DNA from: Spirochaetia bacterium
GTDB lineage: Bacteria; Spirochaetota; Spirochaetia; CAKZLE01
Direction of reading: 5' to 3'
Assembly (NCBI GenBank): GCA_963677595.1
Contig: OY782041.1
Location: 192,001 to 256,000, forward strand
DNA: 64,000 nucleotides
Shown: piece after piece, positions 49,904 through 60,047 of the stretch
Position numbering within the stretch: position 1 is the first letter of the stretch
Layout of the letters: each line of letters opens with the position of its first letter
The notes under the pieces: model-generated
What the model saw: only the letters and a program-made list of their open reading frames with translations
What the model was told of the DNA's origin: nothing
Databases searched by the model: none
Position numbers and translations under genes: made by a program

Positions 49904-51412
49904 ATGGAAGAAAGTAATATCGTACCGATACAGTTTAGCGGCACCCTGCCGAAATACCGGCAGGTCTATGCAGGGTACCGGGAGTGCATCGAGTCAGGCT
50001 CGATCCTTCCGGGTGAGCGGCTCCCCTCGATCAGGAAGTTGGCAACCGGGCTCGGGGTGAACACGGTCACGGTGGTAAAGGCCTTCGACCTGCTCGAGGC
50101 AGACGGCCTCGTCGAGAAACGGGCGGGTTCCGGGGTATTCGCTGGCAGGCCTGCAGGTCCGAGGCCTGCTCCAACGGAGGCCCTGCAGGATGAGGAACTC
50201 TTCGAGGATGACGAGATCAGCCTCATGCAGCAGGGGTCCATCTACATCCCCGAAGAGGTCTGCAACCTCGCCACCTCCACCCCGACGGCAGGACTCTTCC
50301 CGATAACCCCCTTCCAAGAGGCGATCAACCGGGTCCTCGACCGGGACGGGGGGAATGCCTTTCTCTATGACGAGAGCAACGGGTACTATCCCCTCCGGCA
50401 GCACCTGTGTTCGCTACTGCAGGGGGACTATGGACTCACTATCCCCGCTGACCGGCTGCAGATCATCTCCGGGGCACAGCAGGGGCTCGATATAACGGCG
50501 AAAGCGCTCATCGCCCCGGGGGACTGCGTGCTCGTCGAGGACCCCTCCTATACCGGGGCCCTCGCGGTATTCCGTTCGCGGGGAGCGAATGTGGTCGGGA
50601 TCCCATTGCTCCCGGACGGTATAGACCTTGCGTTCCTTGAACAGGCAGTATCCCATTACCAGCCGAAAGCCCTGTACCTTATGCCCGACTTCCAGAACCC
50701 TACCGGCATCAGCTATGCTGATGAGAAACGGGAACGGCTGCTGGGAATTGCACGGGAGCACAATTTCTATATCATCGAGGATGACTATATCTCCGACCTC
50801 TATTACGCGAAACAGCGGGAACACCTTCCCCTGAAGATCTATGACAGGGAGGAGGATGAGCGGGTCATCTACATCAAGAGCTTTTCCAAGCTCATCATGC
50901 CCGGGCTCCGGCTCGGTTTTCTCACAGCTCCCGAGGCCCTCACCCACCAGCTGCTGAAGGCAAAACATCTCTCTGACATCTCCTCCTCTGCCTTCCTCCA
51001 GCGGGCTTTTGCCGAATACATGGGATCAGGGATCCTGGAAAGGCACCTCGAGAGCATCAGAGGAGTCTACCGGGAACGGTTCGGCCTCCTGGTACGTGCC
51101 GTCGAACAGCACCTCTCCAATTGGACTGAGTACCGGATAGCCCAGGGAGGGTTCAACCTCTGGCTGCAGCTCCCTGCCCATGTCTCAGCCCTCACCCTCT
51201 ACGGGAAGGCTGCGGCGGAGGGGATCCTCCTGACCCCGGGGAATGTCTTCCGGAGCGGGACGAGGGATTTCGATTCCTACATCCGCTTGAGCATCGCCGG
51301 GGTCAGCAACGAAGAGATCGATCCGGGGATCGCGGCCCTGGCACGGGTACTCCTGCCGCTGATGCACGCGAAAAAAAAGGACCGAACCGGCAGGTTCAGT
51401 CCCATTCTGTAA
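49904..51412 (+). CDS. MocR/GabR family PLP-dependent regulator (PdxR-like)
   Basis: GntR HTH (LPSIRKLA) plus aminotransferase domain (FQNPTG, IEDDY, SFSK); divergent from pdxST. Confidence 0.92.
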   Translation: MEESNIVPIQFSGTLPKYRQVYAGYRECIESGSILPGERLPSIRKLATGLGVNTVTVVKAFDLLEADGLVEKRAGSGVFAGRPAGPRPAPTEALQDEELFEDDEISLMQQGSIYIPEEVCNLATSTPTAGLFPITPFQEAINRVLDRDGGNAFLYDESNGYYPLRQHLCSLLQGDYGLTIPADRLQIISGAQQGLDITAKALIAPGDCVLVEDPSYTGALAVFRSRGANVVGIPLLPDGIDLAFLEQAVSHYQPKALYLMPDFQNPTGISYADEKRERLLGIAREHNFYIIEDDYISDLYYAKQREHLPLKIYDREEDERVIYIKSFSKLIMPGLRLGFLTAPEALTHQLLKAKHLSDISSSAFLQRAFAEYMGSGILERHLESIRGVYRERFGLLVRAVEQHLSNWTEYRIAQGGFNLWLQLPAHVSALTLYGKAAAEGILLTPGNVFRSGTRDFDSYIRLSIAGVSNEEIDPGIAALARVLLPLMHAKKKDRTGRFSPIL

Positions 51413-51420
51413 GCTGGTGT

Positions 51421-53889
51421 TTAGATGAAGAGGTTGCTGTAGGCTTCCTGTGCATCACCGAGGTAGGAAGCCACACCGCCGTATTCGATACCGTCGATCA
51501 GCTCCTCCTTCTTGATCCCCATGACGTCCATCGACATGGTGCAGGCTATCGCCTTGCCGCCGTTATCTAAGAAGGTCTTCAGCAGGTCGCCGGTCGAGTC
51601 GATATGCTTCTTCTTCATGATCGACTTCATCATACCGGTACCCATGCCGCCCATATGCATCTTCGAGAGGGTGAGCTTCTCGACACCTCTCGGCATCATC
51701 TTTGCGAACATCCTCTCGACAAGGCTCTTCTTCACCCTGACTCCCTGGCCCTTCCGCAGGATATTGAGCCCCCAGAAGGTGAAGAAGATCGAGACCTCCT
51801 TCCCCATGGCCATGGCGCCGTTCGCGATGATCAAGGCTGCCAGGGCCTTATCGAGGTCGCCGCTGAAGACGACGAGCGTCTGCCGGTTCTTCTCGAGGGC
51901 AGGTCGGTTCTTCACCTGGGCCTTCCCCTTCTGGATCTGCGCCTCGATCTGTCCGCCGGCACTCTCGATCGATACGAGGGAGTTCCCGGTCTTCTCGGCC
52001 CAGACCCCGATATCCTTCTTGAACCCCGGGTCAGTCGCCTTCACGACGAGAAGGTCGCCCTCTGCGAGGCCGTCCATAGCCTGTTTGGTCTTGAGGATCG
52101 GTCCCGGGCACTGGAGTCCGCAGGCATTGAGTTCCACAGACCGGGTCTCCCGGGATGCTGCGGCAGGCGCCGGTTTAGGTCTCCGGCCAAGAGAGTCTGA
52201 GAGCTGGGCGAAATCCTTGCGGTTATCCTGCGGGAGGAAGAGCGGCTGCCACAGCTTGTATCCCCCGTCGAGGTTGAGTGCCTTGAACCCTGCATGCTCG
52301 AGGATCTTCGCTGCCACATAGCCCCGCTGCCCGACCTGGCAGTAGACGAGGTAGGTCTTCTTCTTATCGAGCTCACCGAGCCTGCTTCTGAGTTCATCGA
52401 CCGGGATGTTCACGGACGTCGGGATCACCCCGAGTTCATGCTCATCGGCTGTCCTGATATCGAGGAGGACGGTATCGCCGCGCTCGAGCAGCCCCTCGAG
52501 TTCATACCACCTGAACTGCTTCACCATGCCCTGCAGCAGGTTCTCGGCAGCATAGCCCGCGATGTTCACCGGGTCCTTCGCTGAGTTGTATGGCGGTGCA
52601 TAGGCGAGCTCGAGCTCCTGGAGGTCATAGATCGACAGGTTACCCTTGATCGCCGTGGCAATGACGTCGATACGCTTATCGACCCCGTCATAGCCTACTC
52701 CCTGTGCGCCGAAGATCCTTCCTTCCGGTGAGAAGAGGAGCTTCAGGATGAAAGGGACAGCCCCAGGATAGTACCCGGCATGGTTGTTCCTGTTCACGGT
52801 CACGACCAGGTAGTCCTTGCCGTACTCGAGACCTGCTGCCTTGAGGGCCTTCTCGTTGAGTCCCGTCGCAGAGACGGTCAGGTCGAAGACCTTGAGGATC
52901 GAGGTCCCCATCGAGCCGGTATAGCTCTTCCGGTTGACCCCGAGCATGTTGTCAGCGACGATACGTCCCTGCCGGTTCGCAGGCCATGCCAGCGGGATGA
53001 GGGCTTCCCTCCCGTTGATGTAGTTGCACACCTCGATGGCGTCCCCGACGGCATAGATGTCCTCATGGGAGGTTTGCAGGTACTCATCGACCTTGATTCC
53101 CCGGGTCTTTCCCGTCTCGAGGCCTGCACCGAGAGCCAGTGAGGTCTCAGGCCGTACCCCGATCGCGAGGATGACGATATCGGCAGAGAGCTCGGCACCG
53201 CTCTCGAGGGAGACGTTCACCGAATCAGCACCGTCGGTGAACTTGGTGACCCCGTCCCCGAGGTAGAGCCCGATATGGTTCTCCTTGAAGTGCTGGTGGA
53301 CCTGTGCCGCGATGTCGATATCGACGGGGGCGAGCACCTGGTCCATCTTCTCGACGACGATCACGGAGATCCCCTTGTCATGGAGGTTCTCTGCGATCTC
53401 CATGCCGATGAACCCGGCCCCGATGACCACAGCCCGGTCAGCCTTGGTCTCGGAGAGCTTCGCAATGATCCTGTCCATGTCGGTCATGTTGCGCAGGGTC
53501 AGGATCCGGTCAGAATCGATCCCAGGGATCGGCGGCCGTGCAGGCTCGGCACCCGGGGAGAGCAGGAGCTTGTCGAACGTCTCGGTATACTCTTCCCCGC
53601 TCAGGAGGTTCTTCGCCTGGACACTCTTCCCGGCCGTGTCGATGGAGAGGACCTCGGTCTGCACCCGTACATCGATATTGAACCGTTCCTGCATCCCCTC
53701 GACCGTCTGGACGAGGAGGTTATCCCGTTCCGTGATGGTCCCGCCGATATGGTAGGGCAGCCCGCAGTTGGCGAAGCTGATATACTTCCCCCGCTCGAAC
53801 ATGATGATCTCGTGCTCCTCACCCAACCTTCTCAACCTGGCAGCAGCACTCGCGCCTCCTGCGACACCTCCGACGATTATGACTTTCAT
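51421..53889 (-). CDS. CoA-disulfide/persulfide reductase with rhodanese, TusA/SirA and DsrE-like domains
   Basis: SFANCGLPY, YAPPY, YCQVGQRG, GLQCPGP, FFTFWGL, ACTMSMD. Confidence 0.93.
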   Translation of the reverse strand: MKVIIVGGVAGGASAAARLRRLGEEHEIIMFERGKYISFANCGLPYHIGGTITERDNLLVQTVEGMQERFNIDVRVQTEVLSIDTAGKSVQAKNLLSGEEYTETFDKLLLSPGAEPARPPIPGIDSDRILTLRNMTDMDRIIAKLSETKADRAVVIGAGFIGMEIAENLHDKGISVIVVEKMDQVLAPVDIDIAAQVHQHFKENHIGLYLGDGVTKFTDGADSVNVSLESGAELSADIVILAIGVRPETSLALGAGLETGKTRGIKVDEYLQTSHEDIYAVGDAIEVCNYINGREALIPLAWPANRQGRIVADNMLGVNRKSYTGSMGTSILKVFDLTVSATGLNEKALKAAGLEYGKDYLVVTVNRNNHAGYYPGAVPFILKLLFSPEGRIFGAQGVGYDGVDKRIDVIATAIKGNLSIYDLQELELAYAPPYNSAKDPVNIAGYAAENLLQGMVKQFRWYELEGLLERGDTVLLDIRTADEHELGVIPTSVNIPVDELRSRLGELDKKKTYLVYCQVGQRGYVAAKILEHAGFKALNLDGGYKLWQPLFLPQDNRKDFAQLSDSLGRRPKPAPAAASRETRSVELNACGLQCPGPILKTKQAMDGLAEGDLLVVKATDPGFKKDIGVWAEKTGNSLVSIESAGGQIEAQIQKGKAQVKNRPALEKNRQTLVVFSGDLDKALAALIIANGAMAMGKEVSIFFTFWGLNILRKGQGVRVKKSLVERMFAKMMPRGVEKLTLSKMHMGGMGTGMMKSIMKKKHIDSTGDLLKTFLDNGGKAIACTMSMDVMGIKKEELIDGIEYGGVASYLGDAQEAYSNLFI

Positions 53890-53892
53890 TGA

Positions 53893-54111
53893 TTATTCTT
53901 CCTCCGCATTGTTCATGAGGAACGCTGCAAAATCCTGCAGGTTCTCAGCCTTGAATATGGTGATACCCCGGTCCTGGTTACCGAGCACGACCAGGGAATC
54001 CCCCGGGTTGATATTGAAATACTCCCGGGCCTTCTTCGGGATGACGATCTGTCCCCGCTCCCCGACTTTCACGGTCCCGCAGATACAGGAACCATCCTTG
54101 AACTCTAACAT
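53893..54111 (-). CDS. AbrB/MazE/SpoVT family DNA-binding protein
   Basis: VKVGERGQIVIPKKAREYFNINPGD. Confidence 0.9.
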   Translation of the reverse strand: MLEFKDGSCICGTVKVGERGQIVIPKKAREYFNINPGDSLVVLGNQDRGITIFKAENLQDFAAFLMNNAEEE

Positions 54112-54394
54112 TGCTTTCCTCACTCATACAAATATGATTTTTCATACTTTTCGTATCCAACATAGTGACTTCGAATCGCTTAGTCAATATTATCTGCAGG
54201 GATTTGTGATAATTCTTCTGATATGCACTACAACATGCATAAGTTTTCTATTTATATTCCATATTTCACATTTTTAATCAATGTTGTCTTATTTTTGTAT
54301 CGTTTAAGATCATGCTGTCATATGTGTTGCGGATTAAAGAACAGGCAGTATACACACTGCCTGTAGGAAGAAAAGAGGTTATGGTGAAGAGAGC

Positions 54395-55723
54395 TTATCT
54401 GCCGACGCATTCGTAGAAGAAACCGAAGGCCTCGATGTATTCACGTTCATAGAGGTTCCTCAGGTCGAAGAACCAGCGGCCCCGCATAGCGGAAGAGACC
54501 TTCGAGATGTTGAGCTGCCTGAACTGGTTCCACTCGGTGAGGATGACGAGCGCATCCCCGCCGGATGCTGCCTCATACTCATCCTGGCAGAAGGTGACCT
54601 GGTCCCTGATCGCTGAGAGTCTCCATTCAGCTTCCCGTTCCCATTTCGGATCATAGACACGCAGCTCGGCACCGGCTGCCGCCAGTCCCGGAAGGATCGT
54701 CAGGGAAGGCGATTCACGCATGTCGTCAGTCCCCGGCTTGAAGGTCAGCCCCAGGACTGAGATCACCTTGCCTGAGAGACTGCCGCCTTCTGAGAGCCTG
54801 CCGATGATCTTGTTCACCATCCTCGTCCGCTGGTACGCATTAGCCTGAACTGCAGCCTCGACGATAGTCATCGGGCTGTTATGGGTCCGCCCCATATGGG
54901 CAAGGGCTCTCGTATCCTTCGGGAAGCAGCTTCCCCCATAGCCTGGGCCGGGATGGAGGAACTTGGAGCTTATACGTCCATCCATCCCCATGCAGGCAGC
55001 GATATGGTGGACATCCGCCCCGACCTCCTCGCAGAGGTTCGCCATCTCGTTGATGAAGGAGATCTTCACTGCCAGGAAGGTGTTGTTCGCATACTTGATC
55101 AACTCAGCGGTCTCGCGGTCAGTCTCGACGAGGGGCACCTTGTTCAGGGTGAGGGATCGGTATACTTCCCGCATGAGTACAAGAGCCCGTTTGGACTCCG
55201 TCCCGAGAACTACCCGGTCTGGGTGCATGAACTCATAGAGGGCTGCCCCCTCACGCAGGAATTCCGGGTTCGAGACGACATCGAACGGGATCTCGACCCC
55301 GCGTTCAGCGAGCACCACCCTGATGACATCCTCGACCTGCTTCCCGGTCCCGACCGGCACGGTCGATTTATCGACGATGACGAGGTAGGAATCCATGTAT
55401 GCCGCGATCTCCTCTGCTGCCTGTAGTACATAGGTCAGGTCAGCGCTCCCATCCTCGCCTGGAGGGGTCCCTACCGCGATGAAGAGCACATCAGCATGGA
55501 GCACCGCCTCTTCCAGGTTCGTGGTAAACCGCAGCCTGCCGCTGCTGCGGTTCCGATCGAAGAGTTCCTGCAGGCCGGGTTCATAGATGGGGACCATCCC
55601 TTCCTGCATCGATGCGATCTTCTTAGCATCGGTATCGACACAGATGACATCCGAACCGAACTCTGCCATGCAGGTCCCGACGATCAGACCAACGTATCCT
55701 GTACCTACCACTGAAATGTTCAT
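54395..55723 (-). CDS. ugd: UDP-glucose 6-dehydrogenase
   Basis: GTGYVG, NPEFLREG, GYGGSCFPKD, TDDMRESP. Confidence 0.95.
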   Translation of the reverse strand: MNISVVGTGYVGLIVGTCMAEFGSDVICVDTDAKKIASMQEGMVPIYEPGLQELFDRNRSSGRLRFTTNLEEAVLHADVLFIAVGTPPGEDGSADLTYVLQAAEEIAAYMDSYLVIVDKSTVPVGTGKQVEDVIRVVLAERGVEIPFDVVSNPEFLREGAALYEFMHPDRVVLGTESKRALVLMREVYRSLTLNKVPLVETDRETAELIKYANNTFLAVKISFINEMANLCEEVGADVHHIAACMGMDGRISSKFLHPGPGYGGSCFPKDTRALAHMGRTHNSPMTIVEAAVQANAYQRTRMVNKIIGRLSEGGSLSGKVISVLGLTFKPGTDDMRESPSLTILPGLAAAGAELRVYDPKWEREAEWRLSAIRDQVTFCQDEYEAASGGDALVILTEWNQFRQLNISKVSSAMRGRWFFDLRNLYEREYIEAFGFFYECVGR

Positions 55724-55858
55724 GCCGAAGCCTCCTTGAGAAGGTAACGGTATGAGCTTATGCCGTGATTATGAGAAATCGATGTGGTGCAGATGTATAT
55801 TCAGCAAGAAGTCTTCCAGATTGGTTACACCCATGAGGTTTCAGGCAGCAGCCTCACG

Positions 55859-56761
55859 CTACAGGGGGACTTCGAAGGTCAGGGTGTCAAAGGAATCCAC
55901 GGTCGCAACGTTCTCGAGGACAGACCCTTGCGTATCCACCAGGGAACTCTCCCCCTCCCAGAACAGGTTGAAGGCCTCCCCGGTCAAGCAGAGGGTCAGC
56001 CCGTAGCGGCTCCCGCTCTCCTCGACGCGTTCAGGCACTGCACGGGTAAAGCGCTCTTCCTCCTCCTCGGTGAACTGCGTCCCGTTCGCCTTGATGTCGA
56101 TCCAGAGATCCACCTGGCCGAACTGGTCCTCCCATTCGGAGAAGAAGGTGTCGCGGCAGATCGTCACGGCGACCTCCTGCCCCTCAATGGTGAACGGCTG
56201 GGCATCTGAGACCTCGCCTCCCTCGATCCCGCAGTACTCCTCCTCGAAGGGGGTGCAGTAGACCTTGTCCTGGGAATAGATCACCCCGCCGTCCGGGTCA
56301 ATGACGATCATCCGGTTCACCAGGTCTTTAGTCTCAGGTTCATAGACGAAATAGGTCCCGGGAATGATGTAGCAGTCATATTCACGCGCCAGGTTCTTCC
56401 AGCGCACCACCTCTCCCTGCATCTCAAGGGACTGTTTGGTGAAGAGTTCCTCTATCGACTGGTACCCGTACTCAGACGAGACTTCCTCCCAGGCACCGAG
56501 GAAGCTATCATACGCCTCAACGATGGGGCCGAACTCATCCAGGGCAAGGAAGACGCTGGTGTATTCCGGGAAGACCACGAGGGTCTCGGGTTCCTGCTCG
56601 GTGAGCACCCCCTCGACATCCTCCCAGAACTCCTCCGGCTCGGTGATATACTCCATATCCATCTCCCACTGCACGGCGGTGACTGTCAACTCATCAGCCG
56701 ATGCCGATACGATACCCAGGGTCAGGAAGATGAAGATAAGGAGTGCTGCCGTTCTGTTCAT
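55859..56761 (-). CDS. Secreted acidic carbon-nitrogen hydrolase (nitrilase superfamily)
   Basis: Signal peptide; E-K-C triad in VFPEY, QDKVY and TICRD. Confidence 0.85.
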   Translation of the reverse strand: MNRTAALLIFIFLTLGIVSASADELTVTAVQWEMDMEYITEPEEFWEDVEGVLTEQEPETLVVFPEYTSVFLALDEFGPIVEAYDSFLGAWEEVSSEYGYQSIEELFTKQSLEMQGEVVRWKNLAREYDCYIIPGTYFVYEPETKDLVNRMIVIDPDGGVIYSQDKVYCTPFEEEYCGIEGGEVSDAQPFTIEGQEVAVTICRDTFFSEWEDQFGQVDLWIDIKANGTQFTEEEEERFTRAVPERVEESGSRYGLTLCLTGEAFNLFWEGESSLVDTQGSVLENVATVDSFDTLTFEVPL

Positions 56762-57037
56762 AGGTGGTCAGTATAATCGTTACCCGCAGGACCTGCAAGG
56801 ACCTGACCCTCAGGAGTGGGGTAAAGCCTGTTAAGGTATATTCTGGGAATACTGTACATTGGAGGATATCAGGCAGAGGATTCTTTCAGCAAACCCAATG
56901 AGTTTCTGATATACTGGTAAGCGGTCTTCGTCCAACGAATCCAAAGATTCCCAGGAATCCGAAGCAGTATCTGGTACCGGAAACAATGCAGCTGCCCAGG
57001 CAGCCGTAGATAATATAACGCATCTATTTCAGGAGTC

Positions 57038-57826
57038 TTGAAGTTGGTCTCTTTCTCACGGTACCGCGAACTGCCCCCGCTGTTCGATGCACATATCCAC
57101 CTCACCCATGCCCTGGACGGGGCATACCCCGACCACTTCTCCTACTTCACCAATGCTGCTTCCCCCGACGGCTGGGCTGCCATCCTCGAGGTCAAACATC
57201 CCGGAGTCCTGCCGTTCATCGGCATCCACCCGGAATGCGGGTCCGGGCCGATCGATGATATCGGGTGGGGGGAACACTTGAACGAGCTCGAGGAGCTGGC
57301 AGGGACCCACCATATCGGGATCGGGGAGTGCGGGATAGACAACAGGTTCTACCAGAGCTTCACCAAGCAGGAGCAGGGGGAACTCTTCGAGGTCCAGATA
57401 GCTATCGCACAGAAGTACCACAAACCAGTCACCATCCACCATGTCCATGCCGCAGAGATGGTGATCTCCCTGCTGAAGAGGCTCTCGGTGGATATACCGT
57501 TCATCGTCCACGGGTTCTACGGGTCGCTCCAGACTGCGAAGAGGATCCTCGACCTTGGGGGCTACCTCTCGATCTCGACGAACCTCCTCAGGTCCAGCGA
57601 GAAGTTCAAGCAGATCGCCGCCTATATACCGGATGACCGGCTCTTCATCGAGACCGACTACCCCTACACCTTCATCCCCGCTCCATGGGCTGATTACTCG
57701 TATGCGGAGATACTCTATACCTGGTATGAGCAGGTTTCACGGGTCAGGCAGATTGACATTCTCGAGCTTCTTGATATAGTGCTGAGGAATGGAACGGTTT
57801 TTACGAATACAACGTCTGCTCGGTGA
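57038..57826 (+). CDS. TatD family metal-dependent hydrolase (start uncertain)
   Basis: DAHIH, GIHP, IGECGID, HGFYG, IETDYP. Confidence 0.9.
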   Translation: MKLVSFSRYRELPPLFDAHIHLTHALDGAYPDHFSYFTNAASPDGWAAILEVKHPGVLPFIGIHPECGSGPIDDIGWGEHLNELEELAGTHHIGIGECGIDNRFYQSFTKQEQGELFEVQIAIAQKYHKPVTIHHVHAAEMVISLLKRLSVDIPFIVHGFYGSLQTAKRILDLGGYLSISTNLLRSSEKFKQIAAYIPDDRLFIETDYPYTFIPAPWADYSYAEILYTWYEQVSRVRQIDILELLDIVLRNGTVFTNTTSAR

Positions 57827-58541
57827 GTCGAAGCACCGCAGGCTGCAGGATGCACATGTCACGGTCGTCGGGGTCGGGGCTGTCGGCAGCTATGCCGCAG
57901 AGGCCCTTGCACGCTCAGGTGTCGGGCACCTCAGGCTCGTCGATTTCGACACGGTCAGCATCAGCAACATCAACAGGCAGCTCATAGCCCTGGAATCGAC
58001 ACTGGGCCAGAAGAAGTGCTATGTGGCAAAAGAACGGATCAGGGATATCAACCCTGCCTGCGAGGTCGAGGCCCTCGACCTCTTCGTCCATAACGATACC
58101 ATGCAGGAAGTCCTCGCCGAACCGATCGACGTGCTCATCGATGCGATCGACTCGGTGAGCTCGAAGGTCGCCCTGCTCGAGTCAGCCTACACCCGCGGCA
58201 TCAGGACCTTCTCGTCCATGGGAGCAGCCCTGCGGACTGACCCCTTCTCTATCCATAGGACGGACCTCATGGATACCCATACCTGCCCTCTGGCTCGCCA
58301 GATCAGGCAGAAACTGCGTAAGCGGGGAGTCGGTAAGGGAATAGAAGTGATCTTCTCCGATGAGGAGATCTCATTCACCTATACGGAACCGGGAGATGAG
58401 GAGAGACAAGCGTCGGGAGAACAGCTCTATGAGAGGGGACGTGAGAGACGGGTGCTCGGCAGCATGGCTACGGTCACCGGCATCTTCGGCCTCATGCTTG
58501 CCCAGACTGCCATCGACAGCCTGACTGCCGGGGATCAGTAG
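57789..58541 (+). CDS. tcdA: tRNA threonylcarbamoyladenosine dehydratase (ThiF family)
   Basis: GVGAVGS, SNINRQ, DAID, SSMGAA, CPLAR. Confidence 0.9.
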   Translation: MERFLRIQRLLGESKHRRLQDAHVTVVGVGAVGSYAAEALARSGVGHLRLVDFDTVSISNINRQLIALESTLGQKKCYVAKERIRDINPACEVEALDLFVHNDTMQEVLAEPIDVLIDAIDSVSSKVALLESAYTRGIRTFSSMGAALRTDPFSIHRTDLMDTHTCPLARQIRQKLRKRGVGKGIEVIFSDEEISFTYTEPGDEERQASGEQLYERGRERRVLGSMATVTGIFGLMLAQTAIDSLTAGDQ

Positions 58542-58551
58542 ATCCTGAGTA

Positions 58552-59496
58552 TCAGTAGATCCTGCGTTTCTTCAGGGCAGACTCTTCATACCTGGAGACG
58601 GCATCCGAGAGGTTCGGCATTGCCGTCTGGGCACCAAGTCGTTCGGTCACCATGGAAGCGAAACAGTTCGCGAAACGGATCGCGTTCTCTATGGCCTCCC
58701 CTTCCCCGAGGGCATAGGCAAGGGCCCCGTTGAACCCGTCGCCGGTCGCCATCGTATCCACGACCAGGGCATCACCAATGGACTCTACCTGGAAGAAGAG
58801 GTCCCGGTCGCAGTAGTAAGCCCCATCCTTCCCGCTGGTAAGGATGACCTTCTCCACCCCTTTATCGAGCAGGAGCTGGGATGCTGTATAGATGGCATGG
58901 TCATCGGTCGGATAGATACCGGTCAGGTAATAGAGCTCCCTCCTGTTCGGGGTGATGATCGTCGTACAGGCAAGAAGCTCATCGGGGAACTCCCCGGAAG
59001 GGTCCGGGTCGAAGATCACCACCTTCCCCTGGTCTCTGGCGATCCTCGCACAATGGAGGCTTGTCTCGTACGGGATCTCTGCCTGCAGGAGCAGGTAGTC
59101 ACAATGCTCGATGATCGACTGCTGTCCCTGCACATACTCGATCGTGACCTCCTGGTTACCCCCCGGGATCACGAGGATCTTATAGTCTCCCCCGGTCTCA
59201 TGCTCCACCAGGGCGATGCCGGAACTCACGCCTTCGAGCATCTCCACACCGGAGGTCTCGACTCCGATGTTATCGAGGTGGGTCAGGTACCGCCTGCCGT
59301 AGATATCGTCACCGAGGCAACCGACCAGGTAGACCTCCTGCTCGAGGAAGGCAAGCGCTGCTGCCTGGTTCCCGCCATGCCCCCCGGGTGAGGTCTTGAA
59401 GCTGTTCCCGAAAAGGTGTTCCCCGCGTTCAGGGAACCGATCACAGGTTGCGAACAGATCCATGTTCAGACTGCCGACTACACAATATCTTGCCAT
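58552..59496 (-). CDS. Ribokinase / PfkB family sugar kinase
   Basis: VVGSLNMD, GG.GGNQA, LQAEIP, TPN..E, DTMATGDGF. Confidence 0.88.
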   Translation of the reverse strand: MARYCVVGSLNMDLFATCDRFPERGEHLFGNSFKTSPGGHGGNQAAALAFLEQEVYLVGCLGDDIYGRRYLTHLDNIGVETSGVEMLEGVSSGIALVEHETGGDYKILVIPGGNQEVTIEYVQGQQSIIEHCDYLLLQAEIPYETSLHCARIARDQGKVVIFDPDPSGEFPDELLACTTIITPNRRELYYLTGIYPTDDHAIYTASQLLLDKGVEKVILTSGKDGAYYCDRDLFFQVESIGDALVVDTMATGDGFNGALAYALGEGEAIENAIRFANCFASMVTERLGAQTAMPNLSDAVSRYEESALKKRRIY

Positions 59497-59612
59497 ATAA
59501 CATCCCTGTCCGATTAATCTTCTCTCCCCTACATACTACTCCAGTACAGCATTGGATGCAACCGACAATCCCGTGCATCGGATTTGTCCATACTGATGTG
59601 GTTGGAATTCTA

Positions 59613-59640
59613 TTGACATTCAACTGAGATGGATTATAGT
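59613..59640 (+). promoter_or_regulatory. Sigma70-like promoter
   Basis: TTGACA-16-TATAGT. Confidence 0.6.
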
Positions 59641-59791
59641 AAAAATTAGCTATGAGCTTTGAGTCCTATACCACAGGGGATCTGTACTGCAGAGGGGATG
59701 TGTGAAGGCTGCCGTTCGATTGAGAGGATCGATACGGCAGGTCAACCTGTTCAGGGCTGCACTGGCAGCCTAGACATAGTATGGAGGGGAT

Positions 59792-60001
59792 ATGTCTCGA
59801 GAACACCATAGGCAGATTTTCATGTCTGAAGAGGATCTCTATAACTATTATACCGACGTAGATGACGACGACGATGATGACGACTTCGACCCGGAAGACG
59901 ACGATGAGTTCGATGAGGACTTCGACGAACTGGAAGAAGACGAGGATGATCTCTTTGAGGACTATGATTTTGACGATGACTATCTCTATGGTGATGATTG
60001 A
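59792..60001 (+). CDS. Hyper-acidic low-complexity microprotein (69 aa)
   Basis: GGAGG RBS, upstream promoter, downstream hairpin; mixed GAC/GAT/GAA/GAG codons. Confidence 0.7.
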   Translation: MSREHHRQIFMSEEDLYNYYTDVDDDDDDDDFDPEDDDEFDEDFDELEEDEDDLFEDYDFDDDYLYGDD

Positions 60002-60009
60002 ACCGCTTA

Positions 60010-60036
60010 GGTCATCAGGGCTGCCCCTGATGACCC
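60010..60036. terminator. Hairpin between convergent genes
   Basis: GGTCATCAGGG-CTGC-CCCTGATGACC. Confidence 0.65.
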
Positions 60037-60047
60037 CGTCTGAGCCG

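Noticed and set aside
53893-54111. AbrB/MazE protein as an antitoxin
   Set aside because: No adjacent toxin; it leads the persulfide reductase gene and is more likely its regulator.
59850-59998. GAC/GAT-rich repetitive tract
   Set aside because: Codon-level low complexity of the acidic protein, not a DNA repeat array or CRISPR.
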